The notes beneath the pieces are model-generated. The model was not told where the DNA came from. It was given only the letters and a program-made list of their open reading frames with translations, and did not search any database. 32,000 nt of DNA from an uncultured Candidatus Saccharibacteria bacterium (GTDB taxonomy: Bacteria; Patescibacteriota; UBA1384; XYA2-FULL-43-10; 1-14-0-10-43-13). Below are positions 19,171-27,377 of the stretch, one piece after another. The number at the start of each line of letters is the position of its first letter. Position 1 is the stretch's first letter. The translations under genes were made by a program, and so were the position numbers. The stretch is from assembly GCA_964543385.1 (NCBI GenBank), contig CAZIYE010000001.1, forward strand, positions 330,001 through 362,000, in the 5' to 3' direction.

Positions 19171-19725
19171 CTACTCTTTCGCTGGTTTTTCTTTTCGAAC
19201 TGCTGAGAGTATAAAAAACATTCCTGCAACAATTAAAATTAGGGGCCACAAATTGAATGAGTAGTAATTTAATATGAGAAACAATATACCAACACCAGTT
19301 AAAATATTCGCCGGCATCAAAATTCCCCGATCTTTCTTATATCCCGCTAGATATTTGGCGTAAAAAGATAAGCCCACTATAAACGGATATATCGGCCAAA
19401 GTTTATCTGAGTCATCCCATCCAGAAAAAGCCTGAAAATAAAAAAAGGAAGAAAGAAGTACAAGAATAGTTCCAGGGATCATAATCCCGGAAGTTTTTTC
19501 TTTGTTTTGAGAAAAAATATAGTAAATTATAAATGATATTCCAGGAGCCAAGAGAAATGTCGGCCATAAATTTCCGAAATCAACACCTAAACGCGGCAGA
19601 AGAAATAATATTCCCAGAACTATCAAGATCACACCGGGGATAATACCCCCATATTCTTTTTTGGATGTATTGTTCTCCGATTTTTCTTCGGCTTCCTGTT
19701 CATTATTTTGCTTTTCTTTGATCAT
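19171..19725 (-). CDS. polytopic membrane protein of unknown function
   Basis: Five or six hydrophobic helices. Acidic/lysine N-terminus. Strong SD AAAGGAGAAGA directly before ATG 19725. Confidence 0.7.
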   Translation of the reverse strand: MIKEKQNNEQEAEEKSENNTSKKEYGGIIPGVILIVLGILFLLPRLGVDFGNLWPTFLLAPGISFIIYYIFSQNKEKTSGIMIPGTILVLLSSFFYFQAFSGWDDSDKLWPIYPFIVGLSFYAKYLAGYKKDRGILMPANILTGVGILFLILNYYSFNLWPLILIVAGMFFILSAVRKEKPAKE

Positions 19726-19803
19726 TCTTCTCCTTTAAAATATTTTCGATGATACCTTTTGATCTAATAATTTCTTCATCTCTATTTGACAGCTCAAATA
19801 TTA

Positions 19804-19812
19804 TTTTACCAT
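19804..19812 (-). promoter_or_regulatory. putative extended -10 promoter for the 19725 membrane protein gene
   Basis: On the minus strand: TGgTAAAAT (19812..19804), with TTGCCA a few nt upstream. About 70-nt leader with SD. Confidence 0.35.
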
Positions 19813-19898
19813 TAAAATTTGGCAAAATCTCTGTGAAAATATTTTTGTAAAGTTTAAACCAAACTGGATAATATTTGCATACTCTAGAATTGTAGAAC

Positions 19899-20624
19899 TT
19901 ATTTTCCTTTTTCCCAAGTTACAGATGAGAGTAACGGCCCATAAAGATCATCGCTCATCGAGATTTTCAAATTTTTAATCTCCTGCTTAGTAGGACTATC
20001 TGAAGCAAATTTTACAAATGGTAAATCTTTTATCAAAACCATCGGCGTTATCTCATTGCCCTCCCCCATCACCAAGACCGCAGCGACAGCAAGAGCATCT
20101 GCATGATTTGCTTGCGTATATTTCAACTTCCGGCCGAAGATATCAGGCTGCTGCCGATAATCCTTTAGGGCAGCAAAACCTGCATGCGCTATCGCTATTC
20201 CAGTTACCCCATACCTCAACGGCGAAGTTTTACTATCAGTTATTATCACCCCAAAATTCTTTAAGGAGCATTTATTGGCAATATATTCACGGATTATTTT
20301 TGCACTAGTAAAAGGATCTTTCGGCCAGAGAATGAAATGTTCATCACTATTTGATTCATCAATTCCCGCCGAAGGAATCAATATATTATTTTTTATAGTC
20401 AGAACAAAAGGAGAATCAGAATCGATATATAGATCAGCTTCTTGTTTTATTAACTCATCTTTAGGCTCTTGGTTGCTACGAATATTACCCTCGAAGATGG
20501 ACACTATCTTCGAAGTAATTGCCAAAATACTTCCTTCTTCTATATCAGCAAGATATTTGTCCAAGAAGGGCTCAAGAAGGGCATATTCCTTGACTACACT
20601 AGTTTTGATCTGTGTAACTATCAT
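19899..20624 (-). CDS. CofE-like gamma-glutamyl ligase family protein (F420-0:L-glutamate ligase fold)
   Basis: LAITSKIVSIFEGN, PSAGIDESNS and GVIITDSKTSPLRYGVTGIAIAHAGF match conserved CofE-family blocks. Confidence 0.8.
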   Translation of the reverse strand: MIVTQIKTSVVKEYALLEPFLDKYLADIEEGSILAITSKIVSIFEGNIRSNQEPKDELIKQEADLYIDSDSPFVLTIKNNILIPSAGIDESNSDEHFILWPKDPFTSAKIIREYIANKCSLKNFGVIITDSKTSPLRYGVTGIAIAHAGFAALKDYRQQPDIFGRKLKYTQANHADALAVAAVLVMGEGNEITPMVLIKDLPFVKFASDSPTKQEIKNLKISMSDDLYGPLLSSVTWEKGK

Positions 20625-21270
20625 CTTTTTTCTTAAGCCAACTTACTCCAAGATATGTAAATGGTGTGCCGAAAACTGACATTGTACATTTTAGCAGCCA
20701 ATATGGCAGCACTAAACTAGCGATAAAAGCATAGTTATTCGCGAACGATTTATCAAGAGCATAAAACGCTAGAGTAATAAAAATTGTTGTATCTAAAAAC
20801 TGGGAAATGAAGTTAGACAGATTGTTACGAAGCCATAGTTTGCTTTTGCCAAGCTTTTCTCTGATTTTTGCAAAAATAAAGACATCAGTAAATTCCGCTA
20901 TGATAAATGCCGTGAGACTAGCTAACGAAAATCTGATAGAAATTGCAAAGATAGTATCGTACGCCTTTTCATTCGGCAAAAATCTAGTGGACGGCGGCAG
21001 AATTGTGGCAAGAGTTGTAAATAAAATTAAAAGCACAATAATGACAAGACTAGATCTGATCACACCTTTTGCTCTCGCCTTGCCGAAAACCTCCACAATG
21101 ATGTCATTTATTGTGAAAACCAAAGGCATAAGAAAAATAGCCACACTGGCATTTAGCCGGTATGATCCAATATTGAATAGATAGAACGTTTTGCCACCCA
21201 TCAGCTCAGCAGCGACGATACAGAAGATATAGATTGCAATCAAAAGGTCAAACTTTTTTATTTTAAACAT
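20599..21270 (-). CDS. yhhQ: queuosine-precursor transporter, VUT/YhhQ family
   Basis: Six-TM protein with WLRNNLSNFISQFLDTTIFITLAFY and DIIVEVFG blocks typical of YhhQ/DUF165. Overlaps the next gene by 26 nt. Confidence 0.85.
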   Translation of the reverse strand: MFKIKKFDLLIAIYIFCIVAAELMGGKTFYLFNIGSYRLNASVAIFLMPLVFTINDIIVEVFGKARAKGVIRSSLVIIVLLILFTTLATILPPSTRFLPNEKAYDTIFAISIRFSLASLTAFIIAEFTDVFIFAKIREKLGKSKLWLRNNLSNFISQFLDTTIFITLAFYALDKSFANNYAFIASLVLPYWLLKCTMSVFGTPFTYLGVSWLKKKDDSYTDQN

Positions 21271-21322
21271 AAGTCTCCAAAAACTTTATTAGATTTATTA
21301 TTCCTCCTAAAAGTTTTGAATG

Positions 21323-21331
21323 CTTATATCA
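21323..21331 (-). promoter_or_regulatory. putative extended -10 promoter of yhhQ
   Basis: On the minus strand: TGaTATAAG (21331..21323). SD GGAG lies 4-5 nt before ATG 21270. Confidence 0.35.
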
Positions 21332-21350
21332 TAGTTTGTCCTTTTCTAAT

Positions 21351-22268
21351 TTATTTGAGATTGATTACCACTATATCAGGCCTCGCGCCAAAACGAAAGG
21401 GGAAATAACTCCCTCCAATTCCCTTGGATACAATCATCTCTGTCCCCCTTTTTTCAAATTTTCCGAAACGATACTTTGCTCCATATTCAGACGGAATAAT
21501 CGGATACCAGCCAAAAATACCAACTTGTCCCCCATGCAAATGTCCGGCAAACATAAGATCAATTCTATCTGAATCTAGATTCTCGAAGTAATCAGGGTTG
21601 TGCGAGACAAGCATAACAAAATCGCTTTTCTGCGTGTCACTAATTGTTGATTCTAGATTCTGATCCCGATAGTAGAGATCCCCCACTCCACCGATCTTGA
21701 TCCTTGCGTCTCCATGGCTCAACCAAAAAGATTTATTCTCAACAGATCGCATCTTAAATTGGGAAATATCGGCATTATCGGAAAAAGAAATGATTTTTTC
21801 TTTCTCAAGCTCAGCAATAATTTTAGGTCTGGTAAAAACCCAACGGTCATGATTACCAAATGTCACATAAATTCCGTCTTTTGACCTGAGCTTTGCCAAT
21901 TTTTGAAAACATTCGACGACTTTATTAGGATCACGATCTGCAAAATCGCCGCCGATAATGATGATGTCTGGATTTTCAGAATTTACCTTTTCAACTAATT
22001 TATCTAGACCAATATTTTTGACCCCGTAATGAATATCTGAGAAAAACACGATCCTTTTTCCTATAAATTCCTTGGGAATTTGCGTTGAATTGATTTGATA
22101 ATCTTTTACCTCGACCTGCATGGGCTCGACAAAATACGAATACAAAAGGAAAATAACAGGTAAAGAAATTATAGCTCCCCACCAAATCCATTTTAAGTTT
22201 TGTTTCCGTTTTCTATTTACCACAGCATTTCTTATATTTTTTTCCACTTCCACATGGACATAGATCAT
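21351..22268 (-). CDS. membrane-anchored calcineurin-like metallophosphoesterase
   Basis: FFSDIHYG, GGDFAD, GNHD and GHLHGGQ motifs; N-terminal TM WIWWGAIISLPVIFLLYSYF. The start is uncertain. The track start 22364 would overlap secA by 152 nt. ATG 22268 (56-nt overlap) and GTG 22223 (11-nt overlap) are both possible. Confidence 0.8.
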   Translation of the reverse strand: MIYVHVEVEKNIRNAVVNRKRKQNLKWIWWGAIISLPVIFLLYSYFVEPMQVEVKDYQINSTQIPKEFIGKRIVFFSDIHYGVKNIGLDKLVEKVNSENPDIIIIGGDFADRDPNKVVECFQKLAKLRSKDGIYVTFGNHDRWVFTRPKIIAELEKEKIISFSDNADISQFKMRSVENKSFWLSHGDARIKIGGVGDLYYRDQNLESTISDTQKSDFVMLVSHNPDYFENLDSDRIDLMFAGHLHGGQVGIFGWYPIIPSEYGAKYRFGKFEKRGTEMIVSKGIGGSYFPFRFGARPDIVVINLK

Positions 22269-24966
22269 TGCGACCAACTTTTGAACTATTTTTGACCTGC
22301 GACTTTGGTCCGCTCGAGGCAGATTCCTGCATCCGATCATAAACTGTTTTGCCTTTTTCAACAATTTTGGTAGTTACGCTATTTTCCTGCAGTTTGCGTT
22401 CTTGAGATACTGCCATCATTTTTTGAGCCACAGCTAGATCTTCTTTTTCATGCTCAAATCCGCCCAGTTCATCAACATCTGGCTGAGTATATTCAACATT
22501 TTTCGGCAAAACAGGCTTCGATTCTTTTTCCACCTTAACTTCCAGCTTAAAAATCATCTTGGCCACATTTGCTTCGATATTTTTCAAAAGCATCTGGAAC
22601 AAACTATAGGCTTCCTGCTTATACTCCACCAAAGGATCACGCTGGCCATAACCACGCAAGCCGATACCAGTACGCAGTTCATCCATCGTTGTCAGGTGCT
22701 CAACCCAAAGCATGTCGATATTTCTTAAATAGACCGACTTCTCAATTTGTCTCATGACCTCGCTGCCAAACTTTTTTTCTCGCTGATCATAAAGTTTGCC
22801 CGCAAAATCAACCATCTCTTTCAATTCTGGCAAAACTACATCACCAAATATGGCTTTTAGCTCACCTTTTATCTTTTCGTCGTCGCCATAATGAAGTTGC
22901 GAGGTGTTATTTATCTCGTCTTCAATAATACTTAATATTTCTTCCTTAAGGCTAACCGACTCGTTTGGAACTTCTAATTCAGAATCTATTTGGTAATTAT
23001 TGTCTGCTTCTTGATTCTCGGTCTCTAATATTCGTCGTCTTTTCTTGTAAATAACCTCTCTGTGCTTATTCATTACATCGTCATATTCGACCAAATGTTT
23101 TCGAATATCGAAATTATATCCCTCAACCCGCTTTTGAGCCGACTCAATTGAACGAGAAATCATTTTATTCTCAATCGGCATATCATCAGGGAGACCAAGA
23201 GAATCCATTAGATTTCTCAATCTTTCACCGCCAAAAATACGCATAAGATCGTCATCCATTGAAACAAAAAATTGCGATGATCCTGGATCCCCTTGGCGAC
23301 CTGCACGACCACGAAGCTGATTATCAATTCTACGCGCCTCATGACGACCGGTACCCAAAACATGCAAACCGCCTAATTCCCTAACCCCTTCCCCTAATTT
23401 GATGTCAGTACCACGCCCAGCCATATTTGTTGCTACAGTCACAGCGTTCTTAAGACCTGCTCTTACAATTATCTTTGCCTCTTTCTCATGATGCTTCGCA
23501 TTCAATACCTCATGTTTGACCCCAGCCTTTTTAAGCCTTTTTGAGAGAAGTTCATTTTTAGCCACTGAAACAGTACCTATGAGGATCGGCTGACCCGTTG
23601 CATTTCTGTCTTTAACTTCCTGAATAATTGCCTCAATTTTCGCGTCTTCACTCTTATAGATTCTATCCGCAAGATCCTTCCTACTTACAGATTTATTCGT
23701 TGGTATTTCCACTACGTCAAGCTTGTAGATTTTATAAAATTCCTCGGCCTCTGTTGCAGCCGTACCGGTCATACCAGCAAGCTTGTTATACATTCTAAAT
23801 AAATTCTGAAATGAAATAGTTGCCAAAGTCTGAGATTCATTTTTAACCTCAACATCTTCTTTTGCTTCAATTGCTTGATGTAAACCCTCAGAATATCTCC
23901 TACCAACCATCAGACGACCAGTAAATTCATCAACAATAATAATCTCACCATCACGCACTACATAATCACGATCTTTCTTAAACAATGCATGAGCCTTCAA
24001 CGCCTGCTCGAGATGATGAACTTTTACGAAGCCACCAGCCTCATAAATGTTCTCAATGTGCAGCATCTTTTCCATCTCTTTTATGCCTTTATCTGTCAGA
24101 TTGACTGCTTTGTCCTTTTCGTCAACGATATAATCATCTCCCTGTTTCAAACGAGGCACAAGTACGGAGAATTGCTGGTACATACTTGCCGATTCCTCGG
24201 CTGGCGCTGAGATAATCAAAGGGGTCCTTGCTTCATCAATCAAAATCGAGTCAACCTCATCTACAATAGCAAAATTCAATTCTCGCTGAGAACAATGTTC
24301 CAGGCTCGGAGCCATATTGTCACGAAGATAATCAAAACCAAACTCATTGTTCGTACCATAAGTGACATCACAAGCATATGATTCTTTTCGAGTACAAGGC
24401 TCCAGATTCAAACCCTCACACTCTGAATAGTGTTTATAGCTATGTTTTTTAGCAAATCTATATGTTTCTTGGTTACTTTGGATTACTCCTGTAGAAAGAC
24501 CAAGAAAATCAAATACTTCGCCCATACCCTCACCCTGATGCTTTGAGAGATAGTCGTTGACCGTCACTAAATGAACGCCCCTGCCACTAAGTGCATTTAA
24601 GTAGAGAGGCAAAGTAGCGACAATGGTTTTACCTTCACCGGTTTTCATCTCAGCAATTTTTCCCTCATGTAAAACCAAGCCACCGATCAGCTGAACATCA
24701 AAATGACGCTCACCCCATACTCGGCGCATAGCTTCTCTCATAACGGCAAAAGCCTCAGGCGTAATTTCTTCTATTATCGCTTGCTCTTTTACGGAATCAC
24801 CTTTGGCTGTAATAAATTTTTCTTTAAGCTCTGAGGTCTTTGCTTTTAGCTGATCGTCAGAAAGTTTTTTTAAGACTTCCTCAAATTGATTTATTCTATC
24901 TACCTGTTTTTGCAGCTGTGAAATTACCTTTTTGCTTGGATTGTATAGGAGGTCAATAATTGACAT
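22213..24966 (-). CDS. secA: preprotein translocase ATPase SecA
   Basis: 917 aa, MKTGEGKT Walker A, DEVDSILIDEARTPLIIS, C-terminal zinc-binding CPCGSGKKYKKCCG. Confidence 0.97.
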   Translation of the reverse strand: MSIIDLLYNPSKKVISQLQKQVDRINQFEEVLKKLSDDQLKAKTSELKEKFITAKGDSVKEQAIIEEITPEAFAVMREAMRRVWGERHFDVQLIGGLVLHEGKIAEMKTGEGKTIVATLPLYLNALSGRGVHLVTVNDYLSKHQGEGMGEVFDFLGLSTGVIQSNQETYRFAKKHSYKHYSECEGLNLEPCTRKESYACDVTYGTNNEFGFDYLRDNMAPSLEHCSQRELNFAIVDEVDSILIDEARTPLIISAPAEESASMYQQFSVLVPRLKQGDDYIVDEKDKAVNLTDKGIKEMEKMLHIENIYEAGGFVKVHHLEQALKAHALFKKDRDYVVRDGEIIIVDEFTGRLMVGRRYSEGLHQAIEAKEDVEVKNESQTLATISFQNLFRMYNKLAGMTGTAATEAEEFYKIYKLDVVEIPTNKSVSRKDLADRIYKSEDAKIEAIIQEVKDRNATGQPILIGTVSVAKNELLSKRLKKAGVKHEVLNAKHHEKEAKIIVRAGLKNAVTVATNMAGRGTDIKLGEGVRELGGLHVLGTGRHEARRIDNQLRGRAGRQGDPGSSQFFVSMDDDLMRIFGGERLRNLMDSLGLPDDMPIENKMISRSIESAQKRVEGYNFDIRKHLVEYDDVMNKHREVIYKKRRRILETENQEADNNYQIDSELEVPNESVSLKEEILSIIEDEINNTSQLHYGDDEKIKGELKAIFGDVVLPELKEMVDFAGKLYDQREKKFGSEVMRQIEKSVYLRNIDMLWVEHLTTMDELRTGIGLRGYGQRDPLVEYKQEAYSLFQMLLKNIEANVAKMIFKLEVKVEKESKPVLPKNVEYTQPDVDELGGFEHEKEDLAVAQKMMAVSQERKLQENSVTTKIVEKGKTVYDRMQESASSGPKSQVKNSSKVGRNDLCPCGSGKKYKKCCGK

Positions 24967-25014
24967 GTTTATTCCATTATTAAATTAAAAAACATTAAAT
25001 CCCCGTCGAATTAG

Positions 25015-25058
25015 GGAATTGCCAATTCCAATGTATCATTTAAGCAAGCCGAGTTCAA
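25015..25058 (-). promoter_or_regulatory. putative secA promoter with abutting 15-nt palindrome (candidate operator)
   Basis: On the minus strand: TTGAAC (25058..25053), a 17-nt spacer ending in TGa, and TACATT (25035..25030). It is followed immediately by the palindrome GGAATTG-G-CAATTCC (25029..25015). Confidence 0.4.
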
Positions 25059-25102
25059 TCAAGGAAACATAAAAATGCTTTACGCCTTGCATTTTCTACA
25101 TG

Positions 25103-25471
25103 CTATTTTTTGATTCTTAAGGCCTTTAAAAAACGATTTACTGCTTTTTCTGAACCTTCATGAGCCTTATCGATTTGTTTCTTATGAAACCGCTGCATCT
25201 GTCGCTCAAAAGATTTATATGCAAAAGCAAACGCTCTCATCAATCTATCATCGACTTCACGAACGAATAATTTCTCATGGTTAAATGTTGCCGAAAGCTC
25301 AACAGCCTGGTCTACACCACCTTTTTCTGCACTTGTTTCGTCACGAAGATAAATATCGAGAGTCATCGGTTCATTCTTTAAATATCTCTTCAGTTTCATT
25401 AGCTTTTTCTCTATCAGAGACTTCTGACTCGCAGTAATCACGATGTCCTTGATATGAAATTCTACTTTCAT
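25103..25471 (-). CDS. hpf: ribosome hibernation promoting factor (short HPF/RaiA family)
   Basis: 122 aa. MKVEFHIKDIVITASQKSLIEKKLMKLKRYL fits the sigma-54-modulation/HPF N-terminal pattern. SD AAAGGAGAG before ATG 25471. Confidence 0.8.
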   Translation of the reverse strand: MKVEFHIKDIVITASQKSLIEKKLMKLKRYLKNEPMTLDIYLRDETSAEKGGVDQAVELSATFNHEKLFVREVDDRLMRAFAFAYKSFERQMQRFHKKQIDKAHEGSEKAVNRFLKALRIKK

Positions 25472-25501
25472 ATACTCTCCTTTATTAATTGCCTTAAGAT
25501 T

Positions 25502-25510
25502 ATTCTAACA
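25502..25510 (-). promoter_or_regulatory. putative extended -10 promoter of hpf
   Basis: On the minus strand: TGtTAGAAT (25510..25502), about 24-nt leader containing the SD. Confidence 0.35.
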
Positions 25511-25540
25511 CTCATAGTAAATATTAAAAGAGAACAAATG

Positions 25541-25600
25541 AAAAACCGCCCGGCGTGTACGTAAACGTACTCGTCGAGCGGCGGAACCCCTCCGCGGGGT
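25541..25600 (-). terminator. compound GC-rich hairpins plus T-run ending the GC-rich cassette
   Basis: ACCCC/GGGGT (25586-25600). CCGCC (25546-25550) pairs with GGCGG (25580-25584), enclosing GTACG-TAAA-CGTAC (25557-25570). On the minus strand this is followed by TTTTT (25545..25541). Confidence 0.5.
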
Positions 25601-25604
25601 CAAT

Positions 25605-25934
25605 CTAATCATGGTCGTCGGCCTTGGGGGGCATTGCGGAAATCACGTTCAATACGATAGTGATGGTGACACCAACTATCGCAGTGGCCAGAATCCACAG
25701 AGCACCCTTCCACTCCAGACCTGGAGTGGAACCAGACCTGTACCATGAGTCGATGAATAATTTGCCGACCTGTCCCCCAGAGAAGAGGGCCAGCAAAGTA
25801 CCCACGAGGCGGAAAAAGTTGAACCGAGCCCAACCTCGGCGAACCTCCACCTGCATAGCGAAGATCAGGAAGATCAACGCCGCGACCAGCCACCACAACG
25901 GAGGCCAGGTCAGAACCTGTGAGAATATTACCAT
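25605..25934 (-). CDS. Trp-rich three-TM small membrane protein (109 aa) of foreign base composition, no family recognised
   Basis: Part of ORF 25605..25988. The internal ATG 25934 is preceded by GAGGTGATC (25946..25938), so I prefer it. G/C-ending codon usage is coherent in this frame. Three hydrophobic helices and 7 Trp. Confidence 0.6.
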   Translation of the reverse strand: MVIFSQVLTWPPLWWLVAALIFLIFAMQVEVRRGWARFNFFRLVGTLLALFSGGQVGKLFIDSWYRSGSTPGLEWKGALWILATAIVGVTITIVLNVISAMPPKADDHD

Positions 25935-26071
25935 TACGATCACCTCATAGCATTTTTGCCAGCAAAGTATCCAGCTTTTGCCGGACATTGTTTAATATAC
26001 AATCACTTTTTACTTGTTTTGTCAATACAATTATTAACCACAATGCATATCCGGACTCGTTTATATTAAAG

Positions 26072-26099
26072 AAAAAGACTGCTAGTTGGCAGTCTTTTT
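26072..26099 (-). terminator. rho-independent terminator after serS (symmetric A/T runs, could act in both directions)
   Basis: AAAAAGACTGC (26072-26082), loop TAGTTG, GCAGTCTTTTT (26089-26099). On the minus strand the hairpin is followed by TTTTTCTTT. Confidence 0.75.
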
Positions 26100-26116
26100 C
26101 TTTAATATAGAGTAGT

Positions 26117-27373
26117 TCAACGTTTTATTTCTTTAAACCCAGTATATTTATGTAAAACCTCAGGTATTTTGATCGATCCGTCTTTTTGCTGGCAATTCTC
26201 CAAGATAGCAATCAATGGTCTTTCGGAAAAAGCAGTGCCGTTAAGAGTATGAACGTACTCAATTTTTCCACTCTTATCCTTGAAACGGATATTTAGCCTT
26301 CTTGATTGGAAGTCAGTGCAGTTCGAACAAGAATGAGTCTCACGATATTTGTCCTCGCTAGGCATCCATACTTCGATATCAAACTTCTTAGATGCAGGAG
26401 CGCCTAAGTCACCCGCACAGATATTCACTACCTGATATGGCAAGCCAAGACCTTGCATCAATTTCTCTTCAAGAGAAACAAGGTATTCATGTTCTTTTTC
26501 TGAATCTTCCGGCTTGGTGAAGGAAAACATCTCAGCTTTATTGAACTGGTGAGCTCGTAAAATTCCTCTGACGTCCTTACCATGGCTGCCTGCCTCGCGT
26601 CTAAAACATGTTGAGATACCTACATAACGCAATGGCAAACTTTTTTCCGGCAATATCTCATCCATATGGTATCCGGCAAGAGGCTGTTCGGCAGTACCAG
26701 CTAGATATAAATCATCTTGATTCTTGTAAATTTCATCCTCGCCACCAGGAATATAGCCCGCACCTTCCATAACTTTTCGATTCAACATGACCGGTGGAAT
26801 AATTGGAATAAATCCCTCAGCCACGAGAGTGTCTAATGCGTAACGAAATATAGACAACTCAAGCACAACCATTTCTCTTTTCAAGAAATAAAATCTTGAG
26901 GCTGCTATTTTTGTCGCTCTTTCTGTATCAAATAAATCAAGTTTTTCAGCTAGCTCAATATTATCAAGCGGCTTGAAATCAAATTTATTTGGCTCTCCCC
27001 ATTTTCTATTAGTGGTATTATCCTTATCAGATTCACCGTCGATAACATCAGAAGCAGGTGGATTTGGAATAGCCAACATTACTTTTTTGTATTCTAGATT
27101 AGCTTTTTCTAGTTCTGGTTTGAGTTCCTTAACTTTCTCAGAAATAGTACTTGCTTCCTTGATAGAATCAATCTTCTGCTGACCATGAAACATTGCGATC
27201 TCTTTGGAAAGCTTATTCAGCTCACTCTGATTGTCCTCTAGCTTGGAAATAAGATCACGTCTTCGCTGATCAAGATTAATTGCATCATCAATCAGAGCAG
27301 GCTCAGCCCCTTTTCTGGCTATCCTTTTCTTAATATCATCGGCATTTTCTCTGATGTACTTTATGTCTAGCAT
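26117..27373 (-). CDS. serS: seryl-tRNA synthetase
   Basis: 418 aa, N-terminal coiled-coil arm, class II motif 2 TCFRREAGSHGKDVRGILRAHQF, motif 3 GTAFSERPLIAILEN. Starts 4 nt after the lysS stop. Confidence 0.96.
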   Translation of the reverse strand: MLDIKYIRENADDIKKRIARKGAEPALIDDAINLDQRRRDLISKLEDNQSELNKLSKEIAMFHGQQKIDSIKEASTISEKVKELKPELEKANLEYKKVMLAIPNPPASDVIDGESDKDNTTNRKWGEPNKFDFKPLDNIELAEKLDLFDTERATKIAASRFYFLKREMVVLELSIFRYALDTLVAEGFIPIIPPVMLNRKVMEGAGYIPGGEDEIYKNQDDLYLAGTAEQPLAGYHMDEILPEKSLPLRYVGISTCFRREAGSHGKDVRGILRAHQFNKAEMFSFTKPEDSEKEHEYLVSLEEKLMQGLGLPYQVVNICAGDLGAPASKKFDIEVWMPSEDKYRETHSCSNCTDFQSRRLNIRFKDKSGKIEYVHTLNGTAFSERPLIAILENCQQKDGSIKIPEVLHKYTGFKEIKR

Positions 27374-27377
27374 GGCT

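Noticed and set aside
22269-22364. Track start at 22364 for the metallophosphoesterase, giving a 152-nt overlap with secA
   Set aside because: The overlap is implausibly long. The N-terminal 32 residues are basic and low-complexity and come from the alternate frame of the secA C-terminus. Starts at 22268 or 22223 retain the TM anchor.
25561-25925. The GC-rich island as a structured RNA gene (RNase P RNA, tmRNA, SRP or 6S RNA), since GC spikes in AT-rich genomes are usually RNA genes
   Set aside because: I found no GGAAAGTCCGG-type RNase P core, no tRNA-like GGTTCGA T-loop or CCA end for tmRNA, and no SRP domain IV motif on either strand. In contrast, one minus-strand frame gives coherent G/C-ending codon usage, three TM helices, a near-perfect SD and a terminator. 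This is not fully excluded without covariance-model searches.
25609-25950. Alternative-frame ORFs 25609..25896 (-) and 25624..25950 (+) inside the GC island
   Set aside because: Long open frames in all phases are expected in GC-rich DNA. Their products are Arg/Pro/Gly-rich with no hydrophobic periodicity and no SD.
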